64,000 nt of DNA from Candidatus Marinacidobacterales bacterium (GTDB taxonomy: Bacteria > Acidobacteriota > Vicinamibacteria > Marinacidobacterales > SMYC01), in contig CBDCYI010000005.1 of NCBI GenBank assembly GCA_965224085.1, forward strand, positions 1,760,001 through 1,824,000. Reading direction: 5' to 3'. Under the pieces are notes generated by a model. The model saw nothing but the letters and a program-made list of their open reading frames with translations. It was not told where the DNA came from and made no database searches. This document shows, one piece after another, positions 39,720-50,114 of the stretch; position 1 is the stretch's first letter, and each line of letters starts with the position of its first letter. A program made the position numbers and the translations under genes.

Positions 39720-41360
39720 ATGGGACATAAAATCCTGCTCGCCGACGACAGCATTACGATACAAAAGGTTATCGAGCTAACGTTTTCCGACGAGGATTTC
39801 GAGCTCCACACCGTTGGAAACGGACAGAAGGCGATGGACGAGATTCGTTCCGTCCGACCAGACATCGTTCTATGCGACATTATCATGCCGGAGAAGAACG
39901 GGTACGAAGTTTGCGAATTCATCAAGTCCAGCGACGACTTGAAGCAAATACCGGTATTGCTTCTGACCGGAGCATTCGAGCCTTTTGATCAAGAGCGCGC
40001 CAAGGCTGCCGGGTGTGAAAGCTTTCTCGCGAAACCGTTCGAGCCTCAAACACTCATTGCCAAGGTCAAGGAGCTTCTCACCGGAGCGACTGGCGACGTG
40101 GCACAAGCTGCGGCCCCGCCCGCACAGCCGCCTGCGCCCGTACCTCTTGCTCCGCCGCCACCCGCTCCACCACTAGCCGCTCCACCGCCAGCACCAGAGC
40201 CCGACTTCACCAACTTGCCCATCGAAGACGAGACCGTGCTCGTTCAGCCTCCTTCGTTAGGCACGCCCCCGCCCATGACTGGGCCGCAAATACCTGCGCC
40301 ACCGATGCCGCCGCCCATCGAGACGCCAGCCATCGATGATCTCGATGACGCCTTCGCCGTGGAAGCGGGTGAGCGTGAGCTCGCGATGGATCCCGGAGAC
40401 CATACGATGCTGCTCGCGGCTCCGGACGCCCCGGCGACGCCTCTGTCCACGAGCGGCGATGATATCTGGAGCGAAGTGCCCGAGGCACCGGCTGCGCCCG
40501 CCGCGCCGGCCTCCATGGAACCCGAGCCGCCAGCGATCGATGAGGAAGCACAGGCTGCCACGGTCTTCATGTCCCCGCCGCTCTCATCCGAGCCGGCCGA
40601 CGCTGGTATCGGCGAAACCATCGAAGAAGAGCTCGACAGGAGTGAAGCCGAAGACCCCGACGCGACGTGGCAAGTGCCGAGCGGAACAAAGGTGGTGATA
40701 CCGCAGGCCGATGGTGGGCTGAGTGATGTCCCGCCCGCGCCGGGTGGTTTCGAACCACCTCCGTCGCCGACGCCAGTGACCGATGCTGCCCCGCCGGACG
40801 AGCGGCCCACGATAGCGATGCCGATGGAGCCTCTACCCGGTGCGGACCTGTTCGTGGAGCCGACGGGCGATGATGTGGCTCCGCCCATCCCGTCGCCCAT
40901 CCCTTCGATCGACATGCCAGTGACGATGGAAGAGCTGGCTGCGGGAGCCGATGCTTTTTCGCCGGCACCACCGAGCTCCCCCGAGCCGAGTCCTCCCGAG
41001 TATCCACAACCTCCGGACTCGCCAAATATGCTAAGCGAGGTCGAAACACCTTTTGCTCCAGTAGCGTCGGTGACGCCTGAACCGCCCGCGCCACCCGTGG
41101 CTCCGCCCGCCGCTGAACCGCCTGTTCCCATAGACGTGACCCAACCCGCGCCCCCACCGGTCGCGAGCTCGGAGCCGGAGACGCCTACGCCGGGTGGCGT
41201 GGACGACGATCTCGTCGAGCGCATCGCGCAACGTGTCGTCGACAAGCTCTCTTCCAAAGTCATAAAGGAGATCGCTTGGGAAGTCGTTCCGGATTTGGCC
41301 GAGGGCCTCATCCAGAAGGAAATCGACGTGTTGAAGTCTAAGATGCCGAAATCGGGGTAG
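39720..41360 (+). CDS. RomR-like response regulator (receiver + Pro/acidic linker + conserved C-terminal helix)
   Basis: LLADDSITIQKV receiver; long Pro-rich linker; IKEIAWEVVPDLAE C-terminus. Confidence 0.8.
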   Translation: MGHKILLADDSITIQKVIELTFSDEDFELHTVGNGQKAMDEIRSVRPDIVLCDIIMPEKNGYEVCEFIKSSDDLKQIPVLLLTGAFEPFDQERAKAAGCESFLAKPFEPQTLIAKVKELLTGATGDVAQAAAPPAQPPAPVPLAPPPPAPPLAAPPPAPEPDFTNLPIEDETVLVQPPSLGTPPPMTGPQIPAPPMPPPIETPAIDDLDDAFAVEAGERELAMDPGDHTMLLAAPDAPATPLSTSGDDIWSEVPEAPAAPAAPASMEPEPPAIDEEAQAATVFMSPPLSSEPADAGIGETIEEELDRSEAEDPDATWQVPSGTKVVIPQADGGLSDVPPAPGGFEPPPSPTPVTDAAPPDERPTIAMPMEPLPGADLFVEPTGDDVAPPIPSPIPSIDMPVTMEELAAGADAFSPAPPSSPEPSPPEYPQPPDSPNMLSEVETPFAPVASVTPEPPAPPVAPPAAEPPVPIDVTQPAPPPVASSEPETPTPGGVDDDLVERIAQRVVDKLSSKVIKEIAWEVVPDLAEGLIQKEIDVLKSKMPKSG

Positions 41361-42148
41361 CGACCTCGAACGCGAAGCCTTCCCTCGCCGCGAGACTCAG
41401 AGCCCAAGGTGCCGGTTTCGGTGCCTTTATCCTTCACGTCGGCCGCTGCGTTTCGACGAACGACTTGGCGCTTCATTATGCGAAGCACGCGGCGCCTCAC
41501 GGAAGTCTCTTTCTCGCGAGCGAGCAGAGTGGCGGACGTGGACGTTGGAAACGGCGCTGGGAATCGGCCCCAGGTGGCCTCTATCTGAGCATTCTCCTTC
41601 GGCCCGAAGCTGACTTCGCGCCATCGCTCCTGCCTCTTCTCACTTCGGTCTCTACGGCGGAAGCGATTCACGACATCTGCGGGCTCGACGTGCGCTTGCG
41701 ATGGCCGAATGACCTCTATGTGAACGAGCGAAAGCTCGCCGGGATTCTGTGCGAAGGTTCTTACACAGGCTCGCGGGCGGAGGTCTTCGTCGTCGGCATC
41801 GGCATCAATGTGGGCCAGCCGCTGGAAAGCTTTCCGACGGACGTCCGGGATCGAGCGACGTCTATCCAAGGGGTTCATGCCGGAGCGCTCGAGACGGAGG
41901 CGGTCGCGGCTCGCGTCGTGTCGCGCTTCGAATATTGGTGGAGCGAGCGCGAAGCGGCGCGCGTTTTGGCCCGCTGCCGTGAGCTCGCGGCAGTTGATAC
42001 TGGACGGAGGGTTCTCGTGCAGCCGCGCGAAGGAGAGGGCTATCGTGCGATCATCCACGGTCTTGCCGATGATGGTGGGCTGGCGGTGGAGGTTGCGGAT
42101 GGGACGCGTCGCGTGCTTTATTCGGATGACGTTCTTTATCTGAAGTAG
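41357..42148 (+). CDS. birA: Biotin-[acetyl-CoA-carboxylase] ligase (start uncertain)
   Basis: STND, EQSGGRGR..R.W, RWPND, KLAGIL, GIGINV. Confidence 0.88.
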   Translation, partial: VATSNAKPSLAARLRAQGAGFGAFILHVGRCVSTNDLALHYAKHAAPHGSLFLASEQSGGRGRWKRRWESAPGGLYLSILLRPEADFAPSLLPLLTSVSTAEAIHDICGLDVRLRWPNDLYVNERKLAGILCEGSYTGSRAEVFVVGIGINVGQPLESFPTDVRDRATSIQGVHAGALETEAVAARVVSRFEYWWSEREAARVLARCRELAAVDTGRRVLVQPREGEGYRAIIHGLADDGGLAVEVADGTRRVLYSDDVLYLK

Positions 42149-42159
42149 GGGCGTTCTTT

Positions 42160-42798
42160 TTGGATGGCGAAGGACATTATTATGGGTTGGTCGCGGACTA
42201 TTTCGTCGAGTGCCGGGGAAGCCCGCTCTTCATCACTCCGGCGGAATGGTTTCTCATCTTTCGCTGGGAAGAGCAGAGGATACCGCTGTCGGTCGTCAAA
42301 GAAGGGATCGATCGTGTCTTCGAGCGGCCGAAAACACGCGCCAAGCCGCGTAAGCTCGGCTATTGCCGGCAAACAGTGGAAGCTGCCTTTCGTCGTTTTC
42401 GTGAAGTGAGTCTCGGAGGGGGGAAGCGCGAAAAAGACAGCGAGCCACCCTTCGACCCTAGCGGACATCTCGAAGCGATCGCTGCCGCGATCGAAGGCCT
42501 CGACGTCAAAACTGCGAGCGGTATCGCGTCACGAGTCCGTGACTTGATCGATTCGGACCAAAGCCTCGTCGGAATCGAAGACGACCTCACCGCCATCGAC
42601 AAAGAGCTCCTCGATGCCATCGAAGTCGAGCTCGAAGACGACGTGCGGAGCGAGCTGCTTCGCGAGGCTCAGGACTCGCTCGCCTCATATCGAGAACGGA
42701 TGCCGAAAAAGGTTTATGACGCGGCGGCGAGGAGCGCTTATCGCCGCAGATTGCGCTTGAGGCGCGCTCTGCCCCGAGTCACTCTTTTCGACGTCTAG
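42160..42798 (+). CDS. Conserved hypothetical helical protein (DnaD/DnaB_C-like pattern suspected)
   Basis: YF...RG......P.EW.LI..W....IPL.VV.EGID..F...L.YC...VE. Confidence 0.65.
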   Translation: MDGEGHYYGLVADYFVECRGSPLFITPAEWFLIFRWEEQRIPLSVVKEGIDRVFERPKTRAKPRKLGYCRQTVEAAFRRFREVSLGGGKREKDSEPPFDPSGHLEAIAAAIEGLDVKTASGIASRVRDLIDSDQSLVGIEDDLTAIDKELLDAIEVELEDDVRSELLREAQDSLASYRERMPKKVYDAAARSAYRRRLRLRRALPRVTLFDV

Positions 42799-42802
42799 CT
42801 AG

Positions 42803-44484
42803 TACCCGTCCTGACAGGTGTAAGAGGTTGAGAAAAAAGGGGTAATCGCAAATTTAGGGCTAGCCTTCTGAGGGAGTGTCGTTTAGTATCGAGTCGACAA
42901 AAACGCAGATTCTAAACGACTTAACTCCAAAGGAGACCAGCCCTAAATGCGAAAAACGATCAACCCACAACCAAGCCTTCGCGAGCCCTGGCTGGAGCTG
43001 GAGCACGCACGCGAACTCGAAACGATATCATCGCTGCTCGATGCCCATCCTAAGCTCAATGAGCTGGTACTGCAAGACCTGAGGTCGGTCACCCCATCGG
43101 CAGGGAGCGATGTTGGTCGTGGGGGAATGAGCGCGGAGCAGGTTCTCCGGGCGTTGTTGGTCAAGCAGCTGAATCAGTTCACCTATCGGGAGCTGGCGTT
43201 TCACTTGGCAGACTCTCGAAGCTATCGGACGTTTTGCCAGCTCGGCATCATAGAGCCGAGCCCGTCGAAGTCGACCCTAGCAGCAAACATCAAAGCCGTG
43301 AAGTTCGAAACGCTGGAGAAAATCAACCGAGAGTTGGTGAGTGTTGCCGAGAAGACCGCGATCGAAAAAGGAAGAAAAGTACGAGTGGACTGCACGGTAG
43401 TGGAGTCGAATATTCATTCTCCTACGGACTCCGAGCTTCTTTATGACTGCGTCCGAGTTCTCACTCGCCTCATGTGCCGAACTCGCGAACTGCTGGGTAC
43501 AGTAGTGGTCTTCGGCAATCGAACGCGTCGAGCGAAGAGACGTCGACTGGGAGTTCTAAACGCGAAGGATAAGGAACAAAGGCGTCGCGTCTATCGAGAT
43601 CTACTGAAGGTGTCGGAAGAAACCTATCGCTCCGCTCAACGCGTTGCAGACCAGTTGGACGAGTCCGGCTTGACCGAGCCGGTGAAGCGAGCGAGTGCGG
43701 AGAAGATCGCCGCGGATTTTAAGCACTTTCTCGTCCTCACCGAAAAAGTCATCAACCAAACTCGGCGTAGAGTGATTGATGAAGAGCGTGTGCCTGCGGA
43801 GGAAAAGGTCGTTTCGATCTTCGAAGAACACACCGACATTATTCGCAAAGACCGGCGCGAGACTCTCTACGGTCACAAGGTGTGTTTGACTGGTGGCTCG
43901 TCCTCGATGATTTTGGATTGCGTGATCTTGGATGGGAATCCGTCCGATTCAACTCTCGCGGAAACCATGATCGACCGTCAAGTCGAACTCTACGAACGGG
44001 CCCCGCGCCAGGTTGCCTACGATGGCGCGTTTTCTTCAAAGGCAAACTTGGAAGCCATCAAAGGCAAGGGAGTTGAAGATGTTGCCTTTACCAAGGCTCA
44101 CTTCGCGGTGACCGATATGGTCAAGAGTTCCTGGGTCTATCAACGCCTACGGCGATTTCGCTGCGGAATCGAAGGCGTCATTTCGTTCTTGAAACGAGTC
44201 TTTGGTCTCGACCGATGCACATGGCGCTCATTGCCTTCTTTCAAATCCTACGTATGGAGTTCCATCATCACCTGCAACCTGTTGGTAATGGCAAGGCACC
44301 TATTACGATAATAATGATTACTCTTACTGCGTTTATAGCCATGGATTGCTGACGATTCGCCTCTCGTTTCGTCCAAGATTTTCATTCGCTTCCGAGCCTA
44401 CGAGGTGCCGACTGAAAACGTATAATACCCACATCTTCGATAGGCCTCTCGTACACCACAAGTTATGGTGTTTCTGGACAGGAA
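42803..44484 (+). mobile_element. IS5/ISNCY-like insertion sequence flanked by CTAG
   Basis: Imperfect IRs CTAGTACCCGTCCTGACA / TTTCTGGACAGGAACTAG (14/18 including CTAG). Confidence 0.88.
42947..44311 (+). CDS. IS5/ISNCY-like DDE transposase
   Basis: RVDCTVVESNIHSPTDSELL, YDGAF, FRCGIEGVISFLKR. Confidence 0.92.
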   Translation: MRKTINPQPSLREPWLELEHARELETISSLLDAHPKLNELVLQDLRSVTPSAGSDVGRGGMSAEQVLRALLVKQLNQFTYRELAFHLADSRSYRTFCQLGIIEPSPSKSTLAANIKAVKFETLEKINRELVSVAEKTAIEKGRKVRVDCTVVESNIHSPTDSELLYDCVRVLTRLMCRTRELLGTVVVFGNRTRRAKRRRLGVLNAKDKEQRRRVYRDLLKVSEETYRSAQRVADQLDESGLTEPVKRASAEKIAADFKHFLVLTEKVINQTRRRVIDEERVPAEEKVVSIFEEHTDIIRKDRRETLYGHKVCLTGGSSSMILDCVILDGNPSDSTLAETMIDRQVELYERAPRQVAYDGAFSSKANLEAIKGKGVEDVAFTKAHFAVTDMVKSSWVYQRLRRFRCGIEGVISFLKRVFGLDRCTWRSLPSFKSYVWSSIITCNLLVMARHLLR

Positions 44485-44571
44485 CTAGCTAGAGCTGTTG
44501 CAAAAGCCCGTTTAGCGTCAAGGCGTTCATTTGTTTGAGCACAGGAGTGAGGCCGTTGGTTGTACTGCTTG

Positions 44572-44917
44572 TTAGGAACGCGCCTGTCGGGCACGGTCGA
44601 GCGTATTTTGCTTGTTGATGTCCGCGAGTTCTCGCAGACAATCCTGCAAGCTCTGCCATGCGGCGACGCCTTCGCGGATACGCTTGTGTGCGGCTTGGGG
44701 CACATAGTAGCCGGTAGTCTTGCCGTGCTTGCCACGAAAATTGATATAGAGGTGAGGGCCATGCTTTGGCCCGGGCCCGTGGCACCGACAAGTGGGCGTA
44801 CCGCAGGTACGATAGGTTTCGGAGGGTGTGCCGAAGATCGCCCTTCGCGCATATTGTTGAATCTGTTGTAGGAGCTGGTCCCGACGTTTACGTGGATCGG
44901 AATGAAGGGTTCGGCAT
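44572..44917 (-). CDS. DUF6788-like small protein (frameshift near 44893)
   Basis: GTPSETYRTCGTPTCRCH..PKHGPHLY motif. Confidence 0.75.
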
Positions 44918-46340
44918 TTTCGCTGTCCTTTCTTCGCCGCTTGACTCGAGCGATCGATATGAGGTTTTGGCTGATAACGCACCACCCGACGTAACGCTTG
45001 AATCCTCGGTCGCCCTTGTAGGTGGCGCGAAGCATAGCGAAGCGGTGCTTGAGGGTGCTGATGCGGGACTCGACGCCCCCGCGCCACTTGAGGGCTCGAC
45101 GGAACCAGCGCTTTTTTTGAACCTTGGCTCGTTTTTTCGAGGGTCGTCCTCGAGCCGGCAACACCACTTTCTTTACACCGAGATCTATGGCCTTGCGTTC
45201 ATTGTCTGCCGAAAAGAATCCGCGGTCAGCGGTCGCCATCTCCGGCGCACGAGCGAACTGTTTTTTGTGTTGCTCCAGCGCGGGCATCCACTGAGTTTGG
45301 TCCGCCGGATTGCCTGCGGCAACTTCGTAGTGGCTAACAATGCCGTTCTCCACCTCATCAATTCGCACGAGTCGTCCAAACTCGGTCGGCTTCCATGTTT
45401 TGCCTTTTCGGATCACGGCCGTATGCTCCTCGAACAGGCTGACGATCTTGTCCGGATGGTGACGATGGCCCCCTAAAACACGGGCCTTTGTCTGAGCTAA
45501 CACCTTTTTGCACAGTGGCAGATAATGTTCGAGTTGGCTCTGATTGCTTATGATGCTCACCAGCGAACCCACGACCGGAAGCTTTCCGCTCTTGAGCGAC
45601 TGAATAACCTCGTCGGCTTGCCGGACCACGCTGCGCGCCGTGCCCATGAGCTTGCGATAACTTTGCTTGAACTTGACTTGGCTCGATTCGGTGAACGACT
45701 TGCTGGCGCGGTCGATCTCAAGCTGCCTGTTTTTCGTTGATCGGCTGTGGTCCACCACCTTGAGCGCACCTTGAGCACAAGCCTTTGCAATACACTTCAG
45801 ACTACGGGTGAGCACCCGGATGCCATCGGCAAGCAGTGAGCTATCTGTGGGGTAATGGATGTTGCTCTCCACTACCGTCGTATCCGTGCGTAACTTGCGT
45901 CCCGTAGCCACCTTTTCGTCTCGAGCCTGAGCGACCACACGGGCATGGATTTTCTCTACGAACGCATCACCGAGTAGGGAAAAGTTGCGACTGAATGTGG
46001 AGTAGTTGGGAATCGAATCGTCGTCGAAGCGAGTGAAGCGCCGATACACGAGGCTAGAACGGATCTCCCGCTCGAGGACTCGGAAGGACCATCCTTTGAT
46101 GTGCTTGAGTACACAGCTGCGGAGCAAGCGGTCAGGCGCGATACTCACCCGGCCGGTACGCGGTGAGAGCGGGAAACGACCAGCGAGCGATTCTCTCGTC
46201 AGTTCTATCAGCTCGGGGTCCTCGAGGAGCGTGTCGACGGGTTCGAGTAGATCATCCTTGATGAGCGACGCCTGTTTGGAGAAGTTGACGTAGAAGAGGG
46301 CGGACTGCCTGGTAACGGTCCCTATAACGCCTAATAAATA
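44888..46340 (-). CDS. IS5/ISNCY-like DDE transposase (start and stop both affected by apparent indels)
   Basis: RTDTTVVESNIHYPTDSSLL, TADRGF, WRGGVESRISTLKH. Frame is open up to about 46340. Confidence 0.85.
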
Positions 46341-46540
46341 TCATCCCTTAGGCTACAAGTCAAGAAAAAAACGACCAAATACAAAATAGTTGGGAAAATT
46401 CTTGCGGATCGATCCAGGCGCGTTTGGCGCCGGCAAATCACAGATCTGTCAGCTGCCCGATTGGACGCGGATTGAAACCAACGGTGAAAGCGGTTACGTT
46501 TTGCAACAGGCTCTAGCTAAGCTAGAGAGAGAGACTTCAC

Positions 46541-47896
46541 TTGAAGCGTTTCGAGCTCGAGATCGAGAAAATTGTCGCGGGCGGCGACGGTCTCGCCCGC
46601 CACGAAGGACGCGTGGTCTTCGTTCCCGGGACCGTACCCGGTGAGAGACATCAGGTCGAGACGATTAGCGAAAAGAAAAACTTCATCAGAGCGAGAAGCG
46701 TCGCGCTCCTGGAATCGGCGGAGCACCGGCGTGAGGCTCCGTGTCCTTATTACGGACGGTGTGGTGGGTGCTCCTTGATGCATCTCTTACCCGCGGCTGC
46801 GCTCGAAGCGAAGCGCGACATCCTGCTCGAAAGCCTCGCGCGCGAGCGCATCTCGCACCGCACCGTCACGGCGACGCCATTTCCGGAAACGGGCTATCGC
46901 ACCCGAATGCGACTGCATCTCTCACGAAGTGGAAACGAGCTCGTTATGGGATTCCGCGGTCGCGCGAGCCACGCGGTGCACGACATCGAGCATTGTCTTC
47001 TCGCTTCGGGGCCCCTGAACGCGACATGGCGCGCCATCCGCTCTTGGTTCCACGAGGATACGACGCGAGCACATGGATTGAAATCGATCGAGCTTCAAGA
47101 ATCCAGCCATCAGCCAGGGAGGATTATCGGTCGATTTCTCGTCCAATCTAGTCATGGCGTACGTGAATTCGAAAAGCGTGATTCTTTTGAGCTCCTCGAG
47201 CACGCGGGGCTTCAAGGCTTCATCGTGGAGGCGGAACGCGGCGGCGGGCGGGAGCTTCGCGTCGGGAGCCCTATCGTGGAGCATCGTGTGGGCGAGCTCA
47301 TGCTTCGGCAAACCGCCGGCAGCTTTTTTCAAGCGAATCGGTTCGCTCTCGACCAGCTCGTCCAGATCGTTGCTCCGAAGTCGGCGGTGGCGCGATGGAT
47401 CGACCTCTATTGTGGCGTCGGTCTTTTCTCGCTTCCCTTCGCTTCCGCAGCGGGAGAGCTCTTCGGGGTCGAGAGCGCATCGCGATCACTCTCGGACGCC
47501 AAGGCCAATGCGAAAGCTGCCGGACAACAGAGCGTGCGGAACGTGCGCTTCATCCAGCAAGACGCTGCGGCCTTCGCGGAGGCGTTTTCGTTCAAACCGG
47601 ACGATATCGTCATCCTCGACCCGCCGCGTGGCGGCCTTCCACGGGCCCTCTGCGAGCGCCTTGTCGCGAGTTCGGTCGAGCGCCTGCATTATGTCTCCTG
47701 TGATCCCCCGGCTTTCGCGAGGGATGCGCGCTTACTCGTTGCGGGCGGCTTCGAGATCAAAGCACTCGAGCTCGTCGATCTCTTTCCAAATACCCATCAC
47801 TTCGAGACCATCGCGTCCTTCATCCGTCGCCCTGCACTCTCCAGACTTGATTCTGTGCCCGCCACCTCATCATCCGAAAGACCTGCAAACAGTTGA
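46541..47896 (+). CDS. TrmA/RlmD-family RNA m5U methyltransferase
   Basis: TRAM domain, CPYYGRCGGC, FFQAN, DLYCGVG, DPPR, YVSC, FPNTHHFE. Confidence 0.93.
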   Translation: MKRFELEIEKIVAGGDGLARHEGRVVFVPGTVPGERHQVETISEKKNFIRARSVALLESAEHRREAPCPYYGRCGGCSLMHLLPAAALEAKRDILLESLARERISHRTVTATPFPETGYRTRMRLHLSRSGNELVMGFRGRASHAVHDIEHCLLASGPLNATWRAIRSWFHEDTTRAHGLKSIELQESSHQPGRIIGRFLVQSSHGVREFEKRDSFELLEHAGLQGFIVEAERGGGRELRVGSPIVEHRVGELMLRQTAGSFFQANRFALDQLVQIVAPKSAVARWIDLYCGVGLFSLPFASAAGELFGVESASRSLSDAKANAKAAGQQSVRNVRFIQQDAAAFAEAFSFKPDDIVILDPPRGGLPRALCERLVASSVERLHYVSCDPPAFARDARLLVAGGFEIKALELVDLFPNTHHFETIASFIRRPALSRLDSVPATSSSERPANS

Positions 47897-47926
47897 CGTT
47901 CTAGATCGAAATCGGCGCGGGTTTTT

Positions 47927-50114
47927 GTGAGAGCGCCGGCGCTTCTACCGTGTCTTGCGCTCGTATCCGGCGTCCTGCTGGCTCCTTTCGAAAGCCCCGG
48001 GCCTCCTCTGTGCACGGCGGCTATCGTCCTCGCGGCCGCGACGGTCTCGGCACGCCGCGGTTGGCTGCGCACAGGCTCGGCCTCGGTCGCCGTGGCGTTC
48101 TTTCTCATGGGGAATGCGGCCGACGCGCTGCGAGGGACAACGAGTTCCACGCTTCGCGATCTCTATCGACGCGAGGGCGCGCGCGCCTTCGTGTCTCCGC
48201 GTCGCGTCGAGGGCCGGCTGCGTCGCGAGCCCGAGCGCGCGCGCGCCGCGACACTGCTTGCGTTGGACGTCCGACGCGTCGATGTCGCGGGCCAAGAGGT
48301 CCGCGTCCAAGGTGGCTTGAAGGTGAGTGTTCGCGGGGTCCATCGAGGCCGCCTCGAGGCACTCGCGGCCGGCGATCGTCTCGTTTTCTGGACGCGCCTC
48401 CGCCTGCCCTCCTATTTTCGTAACGGGGGCGGCTTCGACGGGGCGGCGTATCTCGCCCGCCAAGAGATCGAGCTTCTTGGCTCGACCAAGAGTGGACTTC
48501 TTGTGACGCTCGACGAAAAAGGGTCGTTTTGGTCATCCTTCATCTCGCGGCTTCGTCTTCGCGCTCAAAGACGCCTCGAGCGTCGGCTCTCCGAAGAAAC
48601 CTTCGGGGTGGTCGCGGCGCTCGTCACGGGTGAACGTGCAGGGCTCTCGGCTGAGCTCGAGCGCCTCTACCAACGTGCCGGCATTTATCACGTCATGGCC
48701 ATCAGCGGTGCTCATGTTGCCCTTTGGATCCTCTTTCTCCATGCGCTCATGCGTCGCTGCGGTGTGAGCTCATCGAGCTCACTCCTCGTTCTTCTTGCCC
48801 TGTTACCGCTCTATGCCGCGTTTTGCGGGGATGGACCCGCTTCACTCGAGGCTCGCATTCGCGGGCAGGCTTGCACTGCCACTCGCGATCTCCATCGCCG
48901 CGCAGCTCGGTGTCGTGCCGGTCGCGGCGTGGCATTTTCATCGCTTGAGCCCCGTCGCGCCGATCGCGAGCCTCGCCGCCATGCCGGCCGCAGCCATCGT
49001 CTGCATTCTCGGCGTGGCACTTATCGCCTTTTCGGAAGTTTCCCTCGTCTCGGGGCTTGTCGCTTTTGCGACGACGCAGGCGGTCGCGGTGTTGAACTTC
49101 ATCGCTGTGCTCGCCGCGCATCTTCCGGTCGCCTCGCTGCGCGTCGGGGCGCCGTCTCCGACTTGGGTCGTGTTTTACGCGCCGGCGCTCTTACTTGTCA
49201 TCTCGCCCTCGCGGCGCCGCTTCGGCGCCGGTGCCTGTATCCTCGTCGTCTTGGTGGCGTCGCTGGCCTTTTCGTGGCCGCACTGGCCGCACAAGGGCGA
49301 CGTGCTCGAAATGGCCGTTCTCGACGTCGGCCACGGTGATGCCATCGTGCTATCCCTTCCCGACGGCAAAAACGTGCTGGTGGATGGCGGTGGACTGGGC
49401 CACTCGTCGCTCGATATCGGTGAAAGCGTTCTCGTTCCCTATCTTCTCAATCGTGGTGTTCGAAAGTTGGACGCGGTGATCGTGACGCATGCGGATTTCG
49501 ATCACGTGGGAGGGCTCTTCACGGTGATGGAGGAGCTCGAGGTCAATGCCCTCTGGGAAGGAGATCCCGAGTGGGCCTTGTCGCATCGCCCGGCTTATCG
49601 CGCTTTACATGAGCGTGCTGCTGGGGCCGGGATAACGGCCCATGTGCTGACGAGCGGCGAAAGCTTTTCTTGGGGCGGCGTGCAATTCGAAGTTCTGGCG
49701 GCGTCGCACTCGGGATTCGAGAGATCGAACGATCGCTCCGTGGTTCTGCGGATCACCTATGGAGGCCGGAGCCTCTTGCTTACCGGAGACGCGGAGCGAG
49801 CGCTCGAGGCGGCGCTCGTTCGATCCGGAGCGGATTTACGCGCGGACGTTCTCAAGGTCGCCCATCATGGAAGCCGAAGCTCGAGCACCGAACCCTTTCT
49901 CGACGCTGTGCGCCCGCAGCTAGCCATCATCTCTGCCCGTCGCGCTCCATCACGTCCCCTGCCGTCTGCCCGCGTGCTCCACCGGTTGAGGGAGCGCGGG
50001 ATCGAGTATCTTCGCACCGACCATAACGGTACGGTGACCGTCCGCATCCGCGAGGATGGGCAGATGAGCGTTTCGACCTATCGGGGCGGATCAGTTCTTG
50101 GCTTCCGCCCATAA
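47927..50114 (+). pseudogene. comEC: ComEC/Rec2 DNA uptake channel with an internal deletion and frameshift near 48840
   Basis: HVMAISGAHV, then the frame changes. The MBL domain (DVGHGD, THADFDH, KVAHHGS) follows in the second frame. Confidence 0.85.

Larger units (their letters stand above)
44493..46512 (-). mobile_element. Second IS5/ISNCY-like element with a DUF6788-type passenger gene
   Basis: IRs CTAGAGCTGTTGCAAAA / TTTTGCAACAGGCTCTAG; CTAG at both ends. Confidence 0.88.

Noticed and set aside
40244-42058. 604-aa Gly-rich minus-strand ORF
   Set aside because: Antisense shadow of the Pro-rich RomR-like gene and birA.
44463-46148. 561-aa transposase as listed in the ORF track
   Set aside because: The C-terminal extension crosses the passenger gene and the IR; it is explained by an indel near 44893.
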